Source: an uncultured Gemmatimonadales bacterium (GTDB lineage Bacteria > Gemmatimonadota > Gemmatimonadetes > Longimicrobiales > Longimicrobiaceae). Taken from it: a DNA stretch of 64,000 nucleotides. Below are positions 20,785 through 30,192 of the stretch, in pieces; the stretch's first letter is position 1, and the number at the start of each line of letters is the position of its first letter. The stretch lies in NCBI GenBank assembly GCA_963716255.1, contig OY970303.1, forward strand, positions 1,056,001 through 1,120,000. Direction: 5' to 3'. The position numbers and the translations under genes were made by a program. The notes beneath the pieces are model-generated. The model saw nothing but the letters and a program-made list of their open reading frames with translations. It searched no databases and had not been told where the DNA came from.

Positions 20785-21960
20785 TCAGCGGCCCTGCCCC
20801 TGCCCCGCGGCGCAGACCGCCCGGACCGCCGCGACGGCGCGGTCCACCTCCTCCGCCGTGGTCGCCCAGCCCACGGAGAAGCGCACCGCGCCGCACGCCA
20901 GCGTCCCCAGGACGCCGTGCGCCCCGGGCGCGCAGTGCAGCCCCGCCCGCGTCAGCACGCCGTGCCCGCGGTCCAGCCGCAGCGCCAGCTCGTGGGCCTC
21001 CACGCCCTCCGCCGCCACGAGCACGATCCCCACGCCCTCCGGCGCCCCGGGCGCAAGGACGCGCACCCCCGGCACGGCGGCGAGGCCGCGGCGCAGCCGG
21101 GCCTTGAGGGCGGCCTCGCGCGCGTGGAGCGCTTCCACGCCGGCGGCCTGCACCCAGCGCACGCCCGCCAGCAGCCCCGCGATGCCGGGGCCGTTCAGCG
21201 TCCCCGCCTCCAGCCGGTCCGGGTACGCCTCCGGCATGGAGTCCGGCGCCGAGTCGCCCCCGGTCCCGCCGGAAAAAACGGGCGCCACCTCCACCCCCTC
21301 GCGCACCCAGAGCCCGGCGGTCCCCTGCGGCCCCAGGAGGCCCTTGTGGCCCGCGAAGGCGAGCAGGTCCACCCCCAGCTCGTCCACCCGCACGGGCAGG
21401 TGCCCGGCGCTCTGCGCCGCGTCCAGGAGCACCAGCGTCCCGTGCTCGAGGGCGATGTCCGCCAGCCGGGCCACGGGGAGCACGGTGCCCAGCACGTTGG
21501 AGGCGTGCGGTAGGACCAGCAGGCGCGCCGGGCGGCCGTCCCCGCGGATCGCGTGCTCGGCCTCGTCCGGGTCCACGCGGCCGTCCGGGGTCCCGGCGAG
21601 AACGGTCTCGCGCACGCCCTCGCGGGCCAGCGCGGCGACGGGGCGGCGCACCGAGTTGTGGTCGTAGGCGGTGCGCACCACGCGGTCTCCCGGGCGGAGG
21701 ACGCCGCGCAGCGCGGTGTTGAGGGCGTGGGTGGTGCTGGGCTGGAGGGTCACGCGCCCCGGGTCGCCGGGGACGCCGAACAGCTCGGCCAGGGCGAGCC
21801 GGCAGTGGAGGACGGTGCGCCCGGCGGCGACGGCGAGGCGGTGCCCGCCCCGCCCGGGCGTGGCGCCCACGTCGCGCAGGTACGCGGCCACGGCCTCCAC
21901 CACCGCTTCCGGCCGCACGGCGGAGGTGGCGGCGTAGTCCAGGTAGACGAGGCCGTCCAT
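20785..21960 (-). CDS. Class V PLP aminotransferase, cysteine desulfurase family
   Basis: YLDYAATS, HASNVLG, DAAQSAG, GHKGLLGPQG, EAGT and RAGLHCAP motifs. Confidence 0.92.
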   Translation of the reverse strand: MDGLVYLDYAATSAVRPEAVVEAVAAYLRDVGATPGRGGHRLAVAAGRTVLHCRLALAELFGVPGDPGRVTLQPSTTHALNTALRGVLRPGDRVVRTAYDHNSVRRPVAALAREGVRETVLAGTPDGRVDPDEAEHAIRGDGRPARLLVLPHASNVLGTVLPVARLADIALEHGTLVLLDAAQSAGHLPVRVDELGVDLLAFAGHKGLLGPQGTAGLWVREGVEVAPVFSGGTGGDSAPDSMPEAYPDRLEAGTLNGPGIAGLLAGVRWVQAAGVEALHAREAALKARLRRGLAAVPGVRVLAPGAPEGVGIVLVAAEGVEAHELALRLDRGHGVLTRAGLHCAPGAHGVLGTLACGAVRFSVGWATTAEEVDRAVAAVRAVCAAGQGQGR

Positions 21961-21968
21961 GCCGCGGC

Positions 21969-22202
21969 TCAGCCGCCCGGCTCCAGGTCCAGCGCGACGT
22001 AGCGGAAGCCGAGCGCCTTGATCCCGTCCACCAGCGCGGCTCCCTCCTCCCCCGCAACCCGCTCCCACTCGCCGGCGTCCACCCGCAGCGCGGCGATCTC
22101 CGCCTGGTGCCCCTCCACGCTCACCTCGCCGGCGATCCCGCGCGCGGCCAGCAGCGCACCCGCGCGGGCCAATCTCTCGTCACCCGCGCCCCCGGCCGTC
22201 AC
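21969..22202 (-). CDS. Small protein resembling the C-terminal domain of LarE
   Basis: GTG overlaps the larE TGA; ...EIAALRV...IKALGFRYVALDL. Confidence 0.6.
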   Translation of the reverse strand: MTAGGAGDERLARAGALLAARGIAGEVSVEGHQAEIAALRVDAGEWERVAGEEGAALVDGIKALGFRYVALDLEPGG

Positions 22203-23035
22203 CGGGCGCCGCCCAGCTGGACGAGCTGCGCCGCGGCGAGCCCCTCGTTCAGCGCGCCGCGGCGGTAGCCCTGTACGTCCAGCAGGGCACGCGCGAAGCC
22301 CGCCTCGCGCACCACCCGCGCGACCTCGGCGCGGAGCGGCGCCACGCGCTCCCGCTCCGCCGCGGCGACCTCCAGCCGCGCCACGTCGCCGTGGTGGCGG
22401 ACGCGGAAGTCGCGGAAGCCCAGCGCGCGCAGCCCGCTCTCGGCGCGCTCCACCTGGCGGAGGCGCTCGGGGGTGACGGCGAGCCCGTAGGGGAGGCGGG
22501 AGGCCAGGCAGGGGGCGGCGGGCTGGTCCCAGGTGGGGAGGCCCAGCTCGCGGGACCACTCGCGGATCTCGTCCTTGGTGAGGCCGGCTTCCAGGAGGGG
22601 GGAGCGCACGCCGTTCTCGGCGGCCGCGGCGGCGCCGGGGCGGTGGTCGCCCACGTCGTCGGCGTTGGAGCCGTCCAGCACCACGCGCAGGCCGCGCCCG
22701 CGCGCCACCTCGCCCAGCTTCCCCCACAGCTCCGACTTGCAGAAGTAGCAGCGGTTGCTGGGGTTGGCGGCGTAGCGCGGGTCGCTCACCTCGTCGGTGG
22801 GCACCTCCAGCCAGGGGATGCCGAAGCGCTCCGCCACCTCGCGCGCGGTGTCCTCCATCCACGAGGGGACGCTGTCGCTCTTTCCCGTGACGGCGAGGAC
22901 GTTTTCGCGCCCGAGCACGTCCGTGGCGACGCGGGCCAGGAAGACCGAGTCCACCCCGCCGCTGTATCCCACCGCCACCGAGCCGCACTCGCGCAGGACC
23001 CTGCGCAGCCGCTCCCGTTTCTCCTGCAAGGCCAT
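22199..23035 (-). CDS. larE: LarE-family PP-loop ATP-dependent sulfur transferase
   Basis: YSGGVDS PP-loop; NRCYFCK, DGSNADD, DHRPG, SPLLE and PCLASR motifs. Confidence 0.9.
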   Translation of the reverse strand: MALQEKRERLRRVLRECGSVAVGYSGGVDSVFLARVATDVLGRENVLAVTGKSDSVPSWMEDTAREVAERFGIPWLEVPTDEVSDPRYAANPSNRCYFCKSELWGKLGEVARGRGLRVVLDGSNADDVGDHRPGAAAAAENGVRSPLLEAGLTKDEIREWSRELGLPTWDQPAAPCLASRLPYGLAVTPERLRQVERAESGLRALGFRDFRVRHHGDVARLEVAAAERERVAPLRAEVARVVREAGFARALLDVQGYRRGALNEGLAAAQLVQLGGAR

Positions 23036-23126
23036 CTCCAGTTCACCCTCCGCGAAAGACCGGTACGCCCCAACTTACCCGGTCCCTCACGTACCCCGCC
23101 AGGCGCCGCGGGGTCGCGGCGGGCGC

Positions 23127-23789
23127 TCAGGCGCTGGCGAGCGGCTGCGCGCGCGAGGTGGACGAGGAGCGGTCCTGAGGGGCGGCGGCCCGGCCCGAGC
23201 CGCGCCGGGCCCGCCCGCGCAGCTCGAAGAGGATCACCGGCACGGCGAGCGGGATGGCGATGAACAGGGCGAGGTCGGCGACGTTGCCGGGCGGAAGCCA
23301 CAGGTCGCCCCAGGCGAAGGAAAGGTAGTCGGTGACGCCCCAGTGGACGGCGCGCTCCCCCAGGTTCCCCAGCATCCCCCCGAAGGCGAGCCCGGCGAAC
23401 GCCCACGCCACCACCCGCTCGCCCGGCCGCAGCCGGTGCATGCGCCCCACCACCTGGAAGAGGACGAAGAAGGCGACGACGGAGGCGAACAGGGCGATGC
23501 CCTGGCGCACTGCGACCGGGTAGGCGTCCCACAGCCCCAGCATCATCGCCTCGTTGCGCACGTGCCACAGGGCGACGCGCCCCCGCCACACCTCCACGAA
23601 GCCGCCGAGCGGCACCGTGGCGGCGACCGCGGCCTTGACCGCCCAGTCGACCGCGGCGACGGCGAGCGCGAGGGCGAGGACCGCGCGCCACCCCTGGTTG
23701 GGCTCGAAGTCGGAGCGGCGGCGTCCGCCGGTGCGGTCGGCGCGGCGCTCGCCCTGGAGGCGGCGGACAAGGACGGCGAGTCGGTTCAT
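23127..23789 (-). CDS. Divergent lipoprotein signal peptidase II (LspA-like)
   Basis: DWAVK, GGMLGNLGER, GVTDYL and NVADL motifs; four TM segments. Confidence 0.72.
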   Translation of the reverse strand: MNRLAVLVRRLQGERRADRTGGRRRSDFEPNQGWRAVLALALAVAAVDWAVKAAVAATVPLGGFVEVWRGRVALWHVRNEAMMLGLWDAYPVAVRQGIALFASVVAFFVLFQVVGRMHRLRPGERVVAWAFAGLAFGGMLGNLGERAVHWGVTDYLSFAWGDLWLPPGNVADLALFIAIPLAVPVILFELRGRARRGSGRAAAPQDRSSSTSRAQPLASA

Positions 23790-23892
23790 CTGTCGCGCGG
23801 GTCGGTGGGAAACAGACATCGTCCGATGCGTGTTTTCGCAAGCGCGATGCCGGAGCCGCCGGGACCCGGCGGGAGACCGGCTCCGTCCTCGC

Positions 23893-24045
23893 GGACGCCA
23901 GCGCGATCCCCGCGTGAGGGATTTCGGCCCGAAGGGGCGAGACCGCGCGGCTGTTTGCGCGGGCTCGACTCCGTTACGCACGGTTGTTTCGTGCGTTACG
24001 GAGCCGAAGCCCACGGAACGCCCGGCGCCAGCCGGGGGCACGCCC
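23893..24045 (+). repeat. Structured intergenic repeat family A, copy 4
   Basis: Aligns with copy 1. Confidence 0.9.
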
Positions 24046-24084
24046 GAACCCTGCTTTTCTACCCGATCGAATCGGATCCGGTCA

Positions 24085-25323
24085 TCACTGGTGCCGCAGC
24101 GCCTCCACCGGATTGAGCCGGGCCGCCCGGCTCGCGGGCACGATCCCGAACACCAGTCCGCACAACACCGATACGCCGAGCCCCGTCAGCACCGACCAGA
24201 GCGGCACGGCCGCCGGGACCGGCGTGAAGCGGGCCAGGAGGAGGGTCCCGCTCCCGGCCAGCAGGATCCCCACGCTTCCGCCCGCGAGGGTCACCGCGAC
24301 GGCTTCCACCAGGAACTGCCACAGGATCGCGCGCCGGGTCGCGCCGAGCGACTTGCGGACGCCGATCTCCCGCGTCCGCTCGGTGACGGAGATCGTCATC
24401 ACGGCGATCACGCCCACTCCGCCCACGATCAGCCCCAGCGACGACAGGAGCAGCATGACCGCGAAGAAGGCGCGGGTCGTGTCGTCGAACATGCCCTGGA
24501 TGGCCTCCTGGCCCGTCAGCGCGAAGGTGTTCGGCTCTCCCGGACGGAGGCCGCGCGCGGAGCGGAGGACGGCCGTGACGTCGGTCATGGCGCTCGCCCT
24601 GGACACGTCCGCCTCGGGCACCACCCTCACCTCCAGCCACTCGTCGTCCACGGGCAGGTGCTTGACGGCGCTGGTGTAGGGAGCCACGAGCCAGCGGTCC
24701 GTCTCGGCCGCGAAGAGGTTTCCCTTTTCCCGGTACACGCCCACGACCCGAAAGGCGGTCCCGCCCAGCAGGAGGGGGGCGGTCGGCACCGGCCCGCCGA
24801 AGACTTCCCGCGCCAGCCCTTCCGAAAGGACGGCCACGGGAGCGGAGCGCTCCACCTCCGCGTCCAGGAAGTTGCGCCCCCACACGAGGACGCCGGCCCT
24901 GTAGTCCGGCCAGCCCGTTCCGGAGCCTTCCACGTCCACCCCGGGGACGGTGGTCCTTCCCAGGCGCACGTCGGCGCTCCCGCTCACGCTCGGAGTGGCG
25001 GAGCGCACGGCGGGAAGGCGCGTCAGCAGCTCGGCCTCGCGCAGGGTGATCGCCGGAGCCCCCGCCCACGGCGCCCTCCCCTCGCCGAAGTCCCCCAGCT
25101 GTACGCCGCCCATGTCGAACCGCTCCACCACGAAGTTTTCGGGGCCGATCGCGACCAGGTCTTCCATGACCGCCGCGCGGATGCCGGTGATCACCGACGC
25201 CATGGCCATCACGGTCGCCACCCCCACCACCATCCCCGCCGTCGTGAGCAGGGTGCGCACCCGGTTGGCGCGCAGCGCATCGAGTGCGATTCCCACTCCG
25301 TGAGCCGCCGTGGAAAGGTTCAT
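24085..25323 (-). CDS. MacB/FtsX-type ABC permease
   Basis: VGGVGVIAVMTISVTERTREIGVRKSLGA...ILWQFLVEA...PASRAARLNPVEALRH. Confidence 0.92.
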   Translation of the reverse strand: MNLSTAAHGVGIALDALRANRVRTLLTTAGMVVGVATVMAMASVITGIRAAVMEDLVAIGPENFVVERFDMGGVQLGDFGEGRAPWAGAPAITLREAELLTRLPAVRSATPSVSGSADVRLGRTTVPGVDVEGSGTGWPDYRAGVLVWGRNFLDAEVERSAPVAVLSEGLAREVFGGPVPTAPLLLGGTAFRVVGVYREKGNLFAAETDRWLVAPYTSAVKHLPVDDEWLEVRVVPEADVSRASAMTDVTAVLRSARGLRPGEPNTFALTGQEAIQGMFDDTTRAFFAVMLLLSSLGLIVGGVGVIAVMTISVTERTREIGVRKSLGATRRAILWQFLVEAVAVTLAGGSVGILLAGSGTLLLARFTPVPAAVPLWSVLTGLGVSVLCGLVFGIVPASRAARLNPVEALRHQ

Positions 25324-25336
25324 TTCCGGCCCCCTG

Positions 25337-26578
25337 TCATTCGTGTCCGAGAGCGGTCACGGGAGAGAGCCGGGCGGCCCGCGCGGCCGGGTACACGCCC
25401 GCCGCCACCCCCACCCCGACGCCCAGGAGCAGCCCGGCCACGGCCGACCACGGGACCACCCGCGCCGGGAGCGGAGACAGGGTGGCCACCATCCCCGCGA
25501 GCAGGAAGCCCACTACCACGCCCAGCGCCCCGCCCACCCCCGACAGGGTGCCGGCCTCCACCAGGAACTGCACGAGGATGTCGCGGCTACGGGCTCCCAT
25601 GGCCTTGCGCAGGCCGATCTCGTACGTACGCTCGGTCACCGAGACGAGCATGATGTTCATGATCACCACCGCGGCCACCACCAGCGAGATGCCCACGAGG
25701 CCGGGCACCGCGACCATCATCACCCGCGACACCTTTCCCCACGCGGCGAGCGCCCGCTCGGAGGTGGTGACGGAAAACTCCTCGTCGTCCACGGGGCGCA
25801 GCCGTCTCCGCACCCGCATCCACCCCTCCACGTCCGCGAGCGCGGCGGGGAGGAGCTTGCTCTCGGGGACCTTGAAGGAGATCGCCTCCACCGCGTCGCG
25901 GGGCGTGATCACCCCGTTCAGCGGGGAACGGGCGGGAACGACGGCCATCCGGTCCATGGAGATGGTGAACAGCCGCCCCTGTCCGGCGAGGACCCCCACC
26001 ACCCGGTAGTGGGTCCCCGCGAAGATCACCTGCCGGCCCAGCGGGCTGCGGCCCGCGAACAGCTTGTCGGCGAGATCCTTCCCGATCACCACCACCGGGA
26101 GCCCGCGCTCCGCCTCGTGGTCCGAGAACGGCCGCCCTTCGGCGATCCGCAGGCCGCTCACGTAGAAGTGGCTCGCCGTGGCGCCGGACACGCGGACCTG
26201 GGACACCTTCTTTCCGTCGGGCGAGATCGCGCTCGCGGAAGCGGCCCACTCCGCGGACAGCACTCCGGGGACCCGGATCCGGCTTTCCAGCCACTCCGCG
26301 TCCGCGAGGGTGAGGGGACGGCGCCGGCTGCGCGCCCGCCGGGCGGCCGCGTCTCCGGGCGCCCCCTCCACGGGGTCACGGCGGACGCTCACGGTGTTGT
26401 GGCCGTAGAACCTGCCGACCACGTTGCTTTCCACGTAGCTGCTCATCCCCTGCACGATGCTGATCACCGCGACCAGGAACGCGACCCCCGTCAGCGTCCC
26501 GAACACGGTGAAGAACGCGCGGAGCGGGTAGGCGCGGATGGTGTCGAACGCCCCCCGGAGACCCTCGGCGGCCCGCAT
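25337..26578 (-). CDS. MacB/FtsX-type ABC permease
   Basis: IMNIMLVSVTERTYEIGLRKAMGA...YPAARAARLSPV. Confidence 0.92.
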   Translation of the reverse strand: MRAAEGLRGAFDTIRAYPLRAFFTVFGTLTGVAFLVAVISIVQGMSSYVESNVVGRFYGHNTVSVRRDPVEGAPGDAAARRARSRRRPLTLADAEWLESRIRVPGVLSAEWAASASAISPDGKKVSQVRVSGATASHFYVSGLRIAEGRPFSDHEAERGLPVVVIGKDLADKLFAGRSPLGRQVIFAGTHYRVVGVLAGQGRLFTISMDRMAVVPARSPLNGVITPRDAVEAISFKVPESKLLPAALADVEGWMRVRRRLRPVDDEEFSVTTSERALAAWGKVSRVMMVAVPGLVGISLVVAAVVIMNIMLVSVTERTYEIGLRKAMGARSRDILVQFLVEAGTLSGVGGALGVVVGFLLAGMVATLSPLPARVVPWSAVAGLLLGVGVGVAAGVYPAARAARLSPVTALGHE

Positions 26579-26581
26579 GCG

Positions 26582-27328
26582 TCACACCCCCAGCAGGGCG
26601 GGGAGCGCCCCGGCGGGAGCCGGCTCGCTCCTCGCCGCGCGGTCCCGCCGCACGTCGCCGGCGAGGAGACCGTCGCGCAGGGTGACGACGCGCTCCGCGT
26701 GGGCGGCGACGCCGGGCTCGTGAGTGACCATGACGAGGGTTTCCCCGTCCGCGTGGAGCCGGTGGAAGAGCGCCATGATCTCCTCCGAGGTGCGCGAGTC
26801 GAGGTTCCCCGTCGGCTCGTCCGCGAGGAGGATGCTGGGGCGCGTGACCAGGGCCCGCGCGATGGCGACCCTCTGCCGCTGTCCACCGGACAGCTCGCCG
26901 GGCCGGTGGTGGAGCCGGTCGCCCAACTCCACGGCACGCAGCGCCGCCGCGGCCCGCTCCCGCCGCTCGCCCGGGCGGACCCCACCGTAGACCAGGGGAA
27001 GCTCCACGTTCTGGAGCGCCGTGGAACGGGGAAGGAGGTTGAAGGTCTGGAAGACGAAGCCGATCTCCCGGTTGCGGATCCGCGCCAGGGAGTCGTCCCC
27101 GAGCCCCGCCACCCGCTCCCCGTTCAGCACGTAGTCCCCGGCCGTGGGGGTGTCCAGGCACCCGATCAGGTTCATCAGCGTCGACTTTCCCGAGCCCGAA
27201 GGGCCCATGACCGCGACGAACTCGCCGCGCAGGATCACCAGGTCCACCCCGCGCAGGGCGTGCACCGTCCCGGCCCCCATCGAGTACCGCTTCTCGAGGC
27301 CGCGCGCCTCGATCACCCGGGCGCTCAC
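26582..27328 (-). CDS. MacB/LolD-type ABC ATP-binding protein
   Basis: [22 protein letters not shown] and [10 protein letters not shown] motifs. Confidence 0.95.
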   Translation of the reverse strand: MSARVIEARGLEKRYSMGAGTVHALRGVDLVILRGEFVAVMGPSGSGKSTLMNLIGCLDTPTAGDYVLNGERVAGLGDDSLARIRNREIGFVFQTFNLLPRSTALQNVELPLVYGGVRPGERRERAAAALRAVELGDRLHHRPGELSGGQRQRVAIARALVTRPSILLADEPTGNLDSRTSEEIMALFHRLHADGETLVMVTHEPGVAAHAERVVTLRDGLLAGDVRRDRAARSEPAPAGALPALLGV

Positions 27329-28529
27329 CGCTCCTCCCCGCGCGCCGCCTGGAGCGGGCGGATCGAGTCTCCCGGCCGGAGCCTGCGCACCGCCTCGTAC
27401 GGCCCCGCCACGATGGTGTCGCCCGGCCGCAGCCCGCTCTTCACCTCGAAGTACTGCTCCCCGGCGATCCCCACCCGCACGGGAACGAACGCCACGCTGG
27501 ACCCGTGGACCACGAAGACGCCCTCCACCCCGCGCGAGCGGGTGGTGGGCGCATGGCCCCCGGGAGCGCGCACGGCGAGGGCCAGGACGGGCACCGCGGG
27601 GACGCCGGACCGCGACTCGACCGCGATGTCCGCGCTCGCCGAAAGCTCGGGCCGCAGGTCCGGGGGGGCCGGTGGAGCGCGATCACCACCTTGAACCCCG
27701 CCGATTCCTGGCTGCCGCCACGGAACGCGCTGTTGGAGATGCGGACCACCCGTCCGGGAAAGGTCCTCCGCCCGTACGCATCGATCCGCACCCGCGCGGG
27801 GTCGCCCACGGAAACGTCCGGCACGTCGGTCTCGTCCACCAGCACCTGCGCCTCCATCTCCGACAGGTCGGCGATGGTCAGCAGCAGGGAGCCGGGGTTG
27901 TTCACCGTGCCCACCACGGCGATCTCGCCCTCCTCGATGTTGAGGCGGGTGATCCGGCCGCTCATGGGCGCGGCGATCGTCGTCTTTTCCAGCTCGCCGC
28001 GCGCCTCCGACAGGGCGGCCCTGGCCTGGTCCACGGAGTAGCCGGCGCCGCGGGCCTGCGCGCCGGCCGAGCGCACCTGCGTGCGCGAGCGGTCCAGGTC
28101 GGCCTGCGCGACGAATCCGCCGCTCCGGCCCACGTCCTCCAGCCGCTGAAGCTCGCTCTGGGCCTGGGCCAGGCTGCTCTGTGCGTACTCGGCGGACGAC
28201 TGGGCCTGGGCCAGCGACGCTTCCGCGCGCAGCACCGCCGCCCGGTAGCGGGTGGGCTCGATCCGCAGCAGCAGGTCCCCCCGGTTCACCCACTGTCCCT
28301 CCTGCACGGCGAGCTGCACCACGCGGCCGGGGATGTCGGCGGAGATGTCCACCTTCCGCCGGGGCTCAATCCTCCCGCTGCCGGGAACGGTGGCGACCAG
28401 GTCCCGGCGCGCGACCTTCTCGGTCTGGACCGGGACCGCCTCCACTCCCACCGAGGCTGCGGACAGCACGACCAGGATCGACACGACGGAGGCTGCCGAG
28501 AGCAGCATTACGATCTTTCGCTTGCGCAT
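27325..28529 (-). CDS. MacA/HlyD-type periplasmic adaptor; one-base frameshift in a C-run at 27662-27668
   Basis: Lipoyl-like [13 protein letters not shown], coiled hairpin and TTIAAPMSG. The C-terminus ([12 protein letters not shown]...GLRPGDTIV) continues in another frame; C8 instead of C7 restores it. Confidence 0.85.
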
Positions 28530-28557
28530 GGGGCCTCGGGGTTTGCGGGACGCGGGT

Positions 28558-30000
28558 TCAGCGCAGAGAGGTGCCGACCAGGGCCTCCAGGTCGGCCAGG
28601 CTCTGGTGGAAGGCGTACACGGCGTCTATCTCGTCGGTCTCGGCCTGTGCGAGACGCGTCTGCGCCTCCGTGACGGCCGTCTGGTTCACCGCTCCGAACC
28701 GCAGGCGCTCCCGGGCGAGCTGCAGCTCCTCCTCCGCCAGCTCGCGGACGGTCGTCTGCGCCCGGGCGAGCTCGTACCCGGAACGAAGGTTCTCCAGGAC
28801 GGCGCCGACCTCGGCGTACACGCGGAGCTGTTCGGCGCGGCTCCGTCCCGCCGCGTCCTCCATGGCCGCGCGCGACCGCTCCACCTGCGCGCGGCGGTTG
28901 AAGCCCTGGAACACCGGGATCGAGACGGTGGCCGAAGCGTTGAGCGGCTGGCGGTTGTAGGCGAACGGGAATCCCTGGTTCTCCCGCTGCACCCGCTCGC
29001 GGATCTCGGCCTCGGCCTCGGGCGACAGGGTGCGGCCTCCCAGCCGCTGCTGCACCAGCATCTCGATGTCGCCCGCGCTCTGGATCCACCCGGTCACGTT
29101 CAGCGACAGCGTGAGGGTGGGGAGGAACGCAGCGCGGGCCGAGGACAGCCGGGCACGCGCCGCCGCCACCGAGCCGGCGGCGGCGCCGAGCGCCGGGTTG
29201 TTCTGCATCGCCTCCCGTACCAGCTCCTCGCCCGACCAGCGAGGCTCGAAGACGCTGAACTCCGACGTCAGCTCCACCTGCGGGTCCATGACGGTCCCCA
29301 GGGTGCGCCCCAGCGACACGAGCTCGGTCCGCAGCGTCCGGACGGCCTGCAGCCGGCGGACCTCGGCCTGGCTGCGCTGCACCTGGGCGCGCTTGCGGTC
29401 CAGCGGGCTGGTGAGGCCGGCGGCGGCCTGCGCGAGGCCCTGGCGCATGTGCTCCTCGGAGCGGACGACCTCCCGCTCGGCCTGGCGGACGCGCGCCCGC
29501 GCCTGCAGCACGGCGATGTACCTGCGTGTCACCTCGGTGGTCAGCTCGGACGCAGCGCGCGCCGCGCGCTGCCCCGTCTCCCGTGCCTCCGCGCGCGCGG
29601 TCCGGGGCTGGAGCACCTTCCCCGCGCTGAGCGAGTACGAAGCGGACACGCCGTAGTTGGAGGAGTAGATGGACGGCTGGTCGCCGAGGGAAACGGAGCC
29701 GACGCGGCGCTCGCCCGGGGCCGTGTAGCCGAACGAGTTGGAAACGTTGAGGTTGGGGAGCAGGTCGCCGTACGCGGAGCGCACCGACACGTCCGCCAGC
29801 TGGACCTCGTTCGCGCTCTGCACCACCGAGGGGTTGTTCCGGCGCGCCAGCGACACGGCGTCCTCCAGCGTGAGCACGCGCGGCCCCGTCGGGATCGCGG
29901 GCTCCTGCGCCCGCGCCGCGATGGGGGCGGCGGCGCACGCGAGCGTCACGGCGGCCACGTGCCACCGGACGGCGGCGGTCCTGCGTGCTTCCTTCGACAT
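28558..30000 (-). CDS. TolC-family outer membrane efflux protein
   Basis: Signal peptide ending ARA|Q; LTLEDAVSLARRNNP, LLPNLNVS and FLPTLTLS motifs; two OEP repeats. Confidence 0.88.
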   Translation of the reverse strand: MSKEARRTAAVRWHVAAVTLACAAAPIAARAQEPAIPTGPRVLTLEDAVSLARRNNPSVVQSANEVQLADVSVRSAYGDLLPNLNVSNSFGYTAPGERRVGSVSLGDQPSIYSSNYGVSASYSLSAGKVLQPRTARAEARETGQRAARAASELTTEVTRRYIAVLQARARVRQAEREVVRSEEHMRQGLAQAAAGLTSPLDRKRAQVQRSQAEVRRLQAVRTLRTELVSLGRTLGTVMDPQVELTSEFSVFEPRWSGEELVREAMQNNPALGAAAGSVAAARARLSSARAAFLPTLTLSLNVTGWIQSAGDIEMLVQQRLGGRTLSPEAEAEIRERVQRENQGFPFAYNRQPLNASATVSIPVFQGFNRRAQVERSRAAMEDAAGRSRAEQLRVYAEVGAVLENLRSGYELARAQTTVRELAEEELQLARERLRFGAVNQTAVTEAQTRLAQAETDEIDAVYAFHQSLADLEALVGTSLR

Positions 30001-30058
30001 GGCGTCTCCATTTCGGCTTGCCGCCGGCGGATGGGTGGAGCGTGGCTTAAACCCGGAC

Positions 30059-30090
30059 CTGCCGGCCCACGAAGCCCCGTGGGCCGGCAG
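30059..30090 (-). terminator. GC-rich hairpin between the precursor gene and tolC
   Basis: 13-bp stem ctgccggcccacg/cgtgggccggcag; a second 11-bp stem lies at 30151-30177. Confidence 0.5.
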
Positions 30091-30192
30091 CACGTCGGCG
30101 TGTGGTGTCGCCCGGAAAGCGGAATTCACTTCTTCAGCTGCACCTTCCCGGTCCGGCCGCGCATCCCGCGGCCGGACGGGATCCGGACGCGG

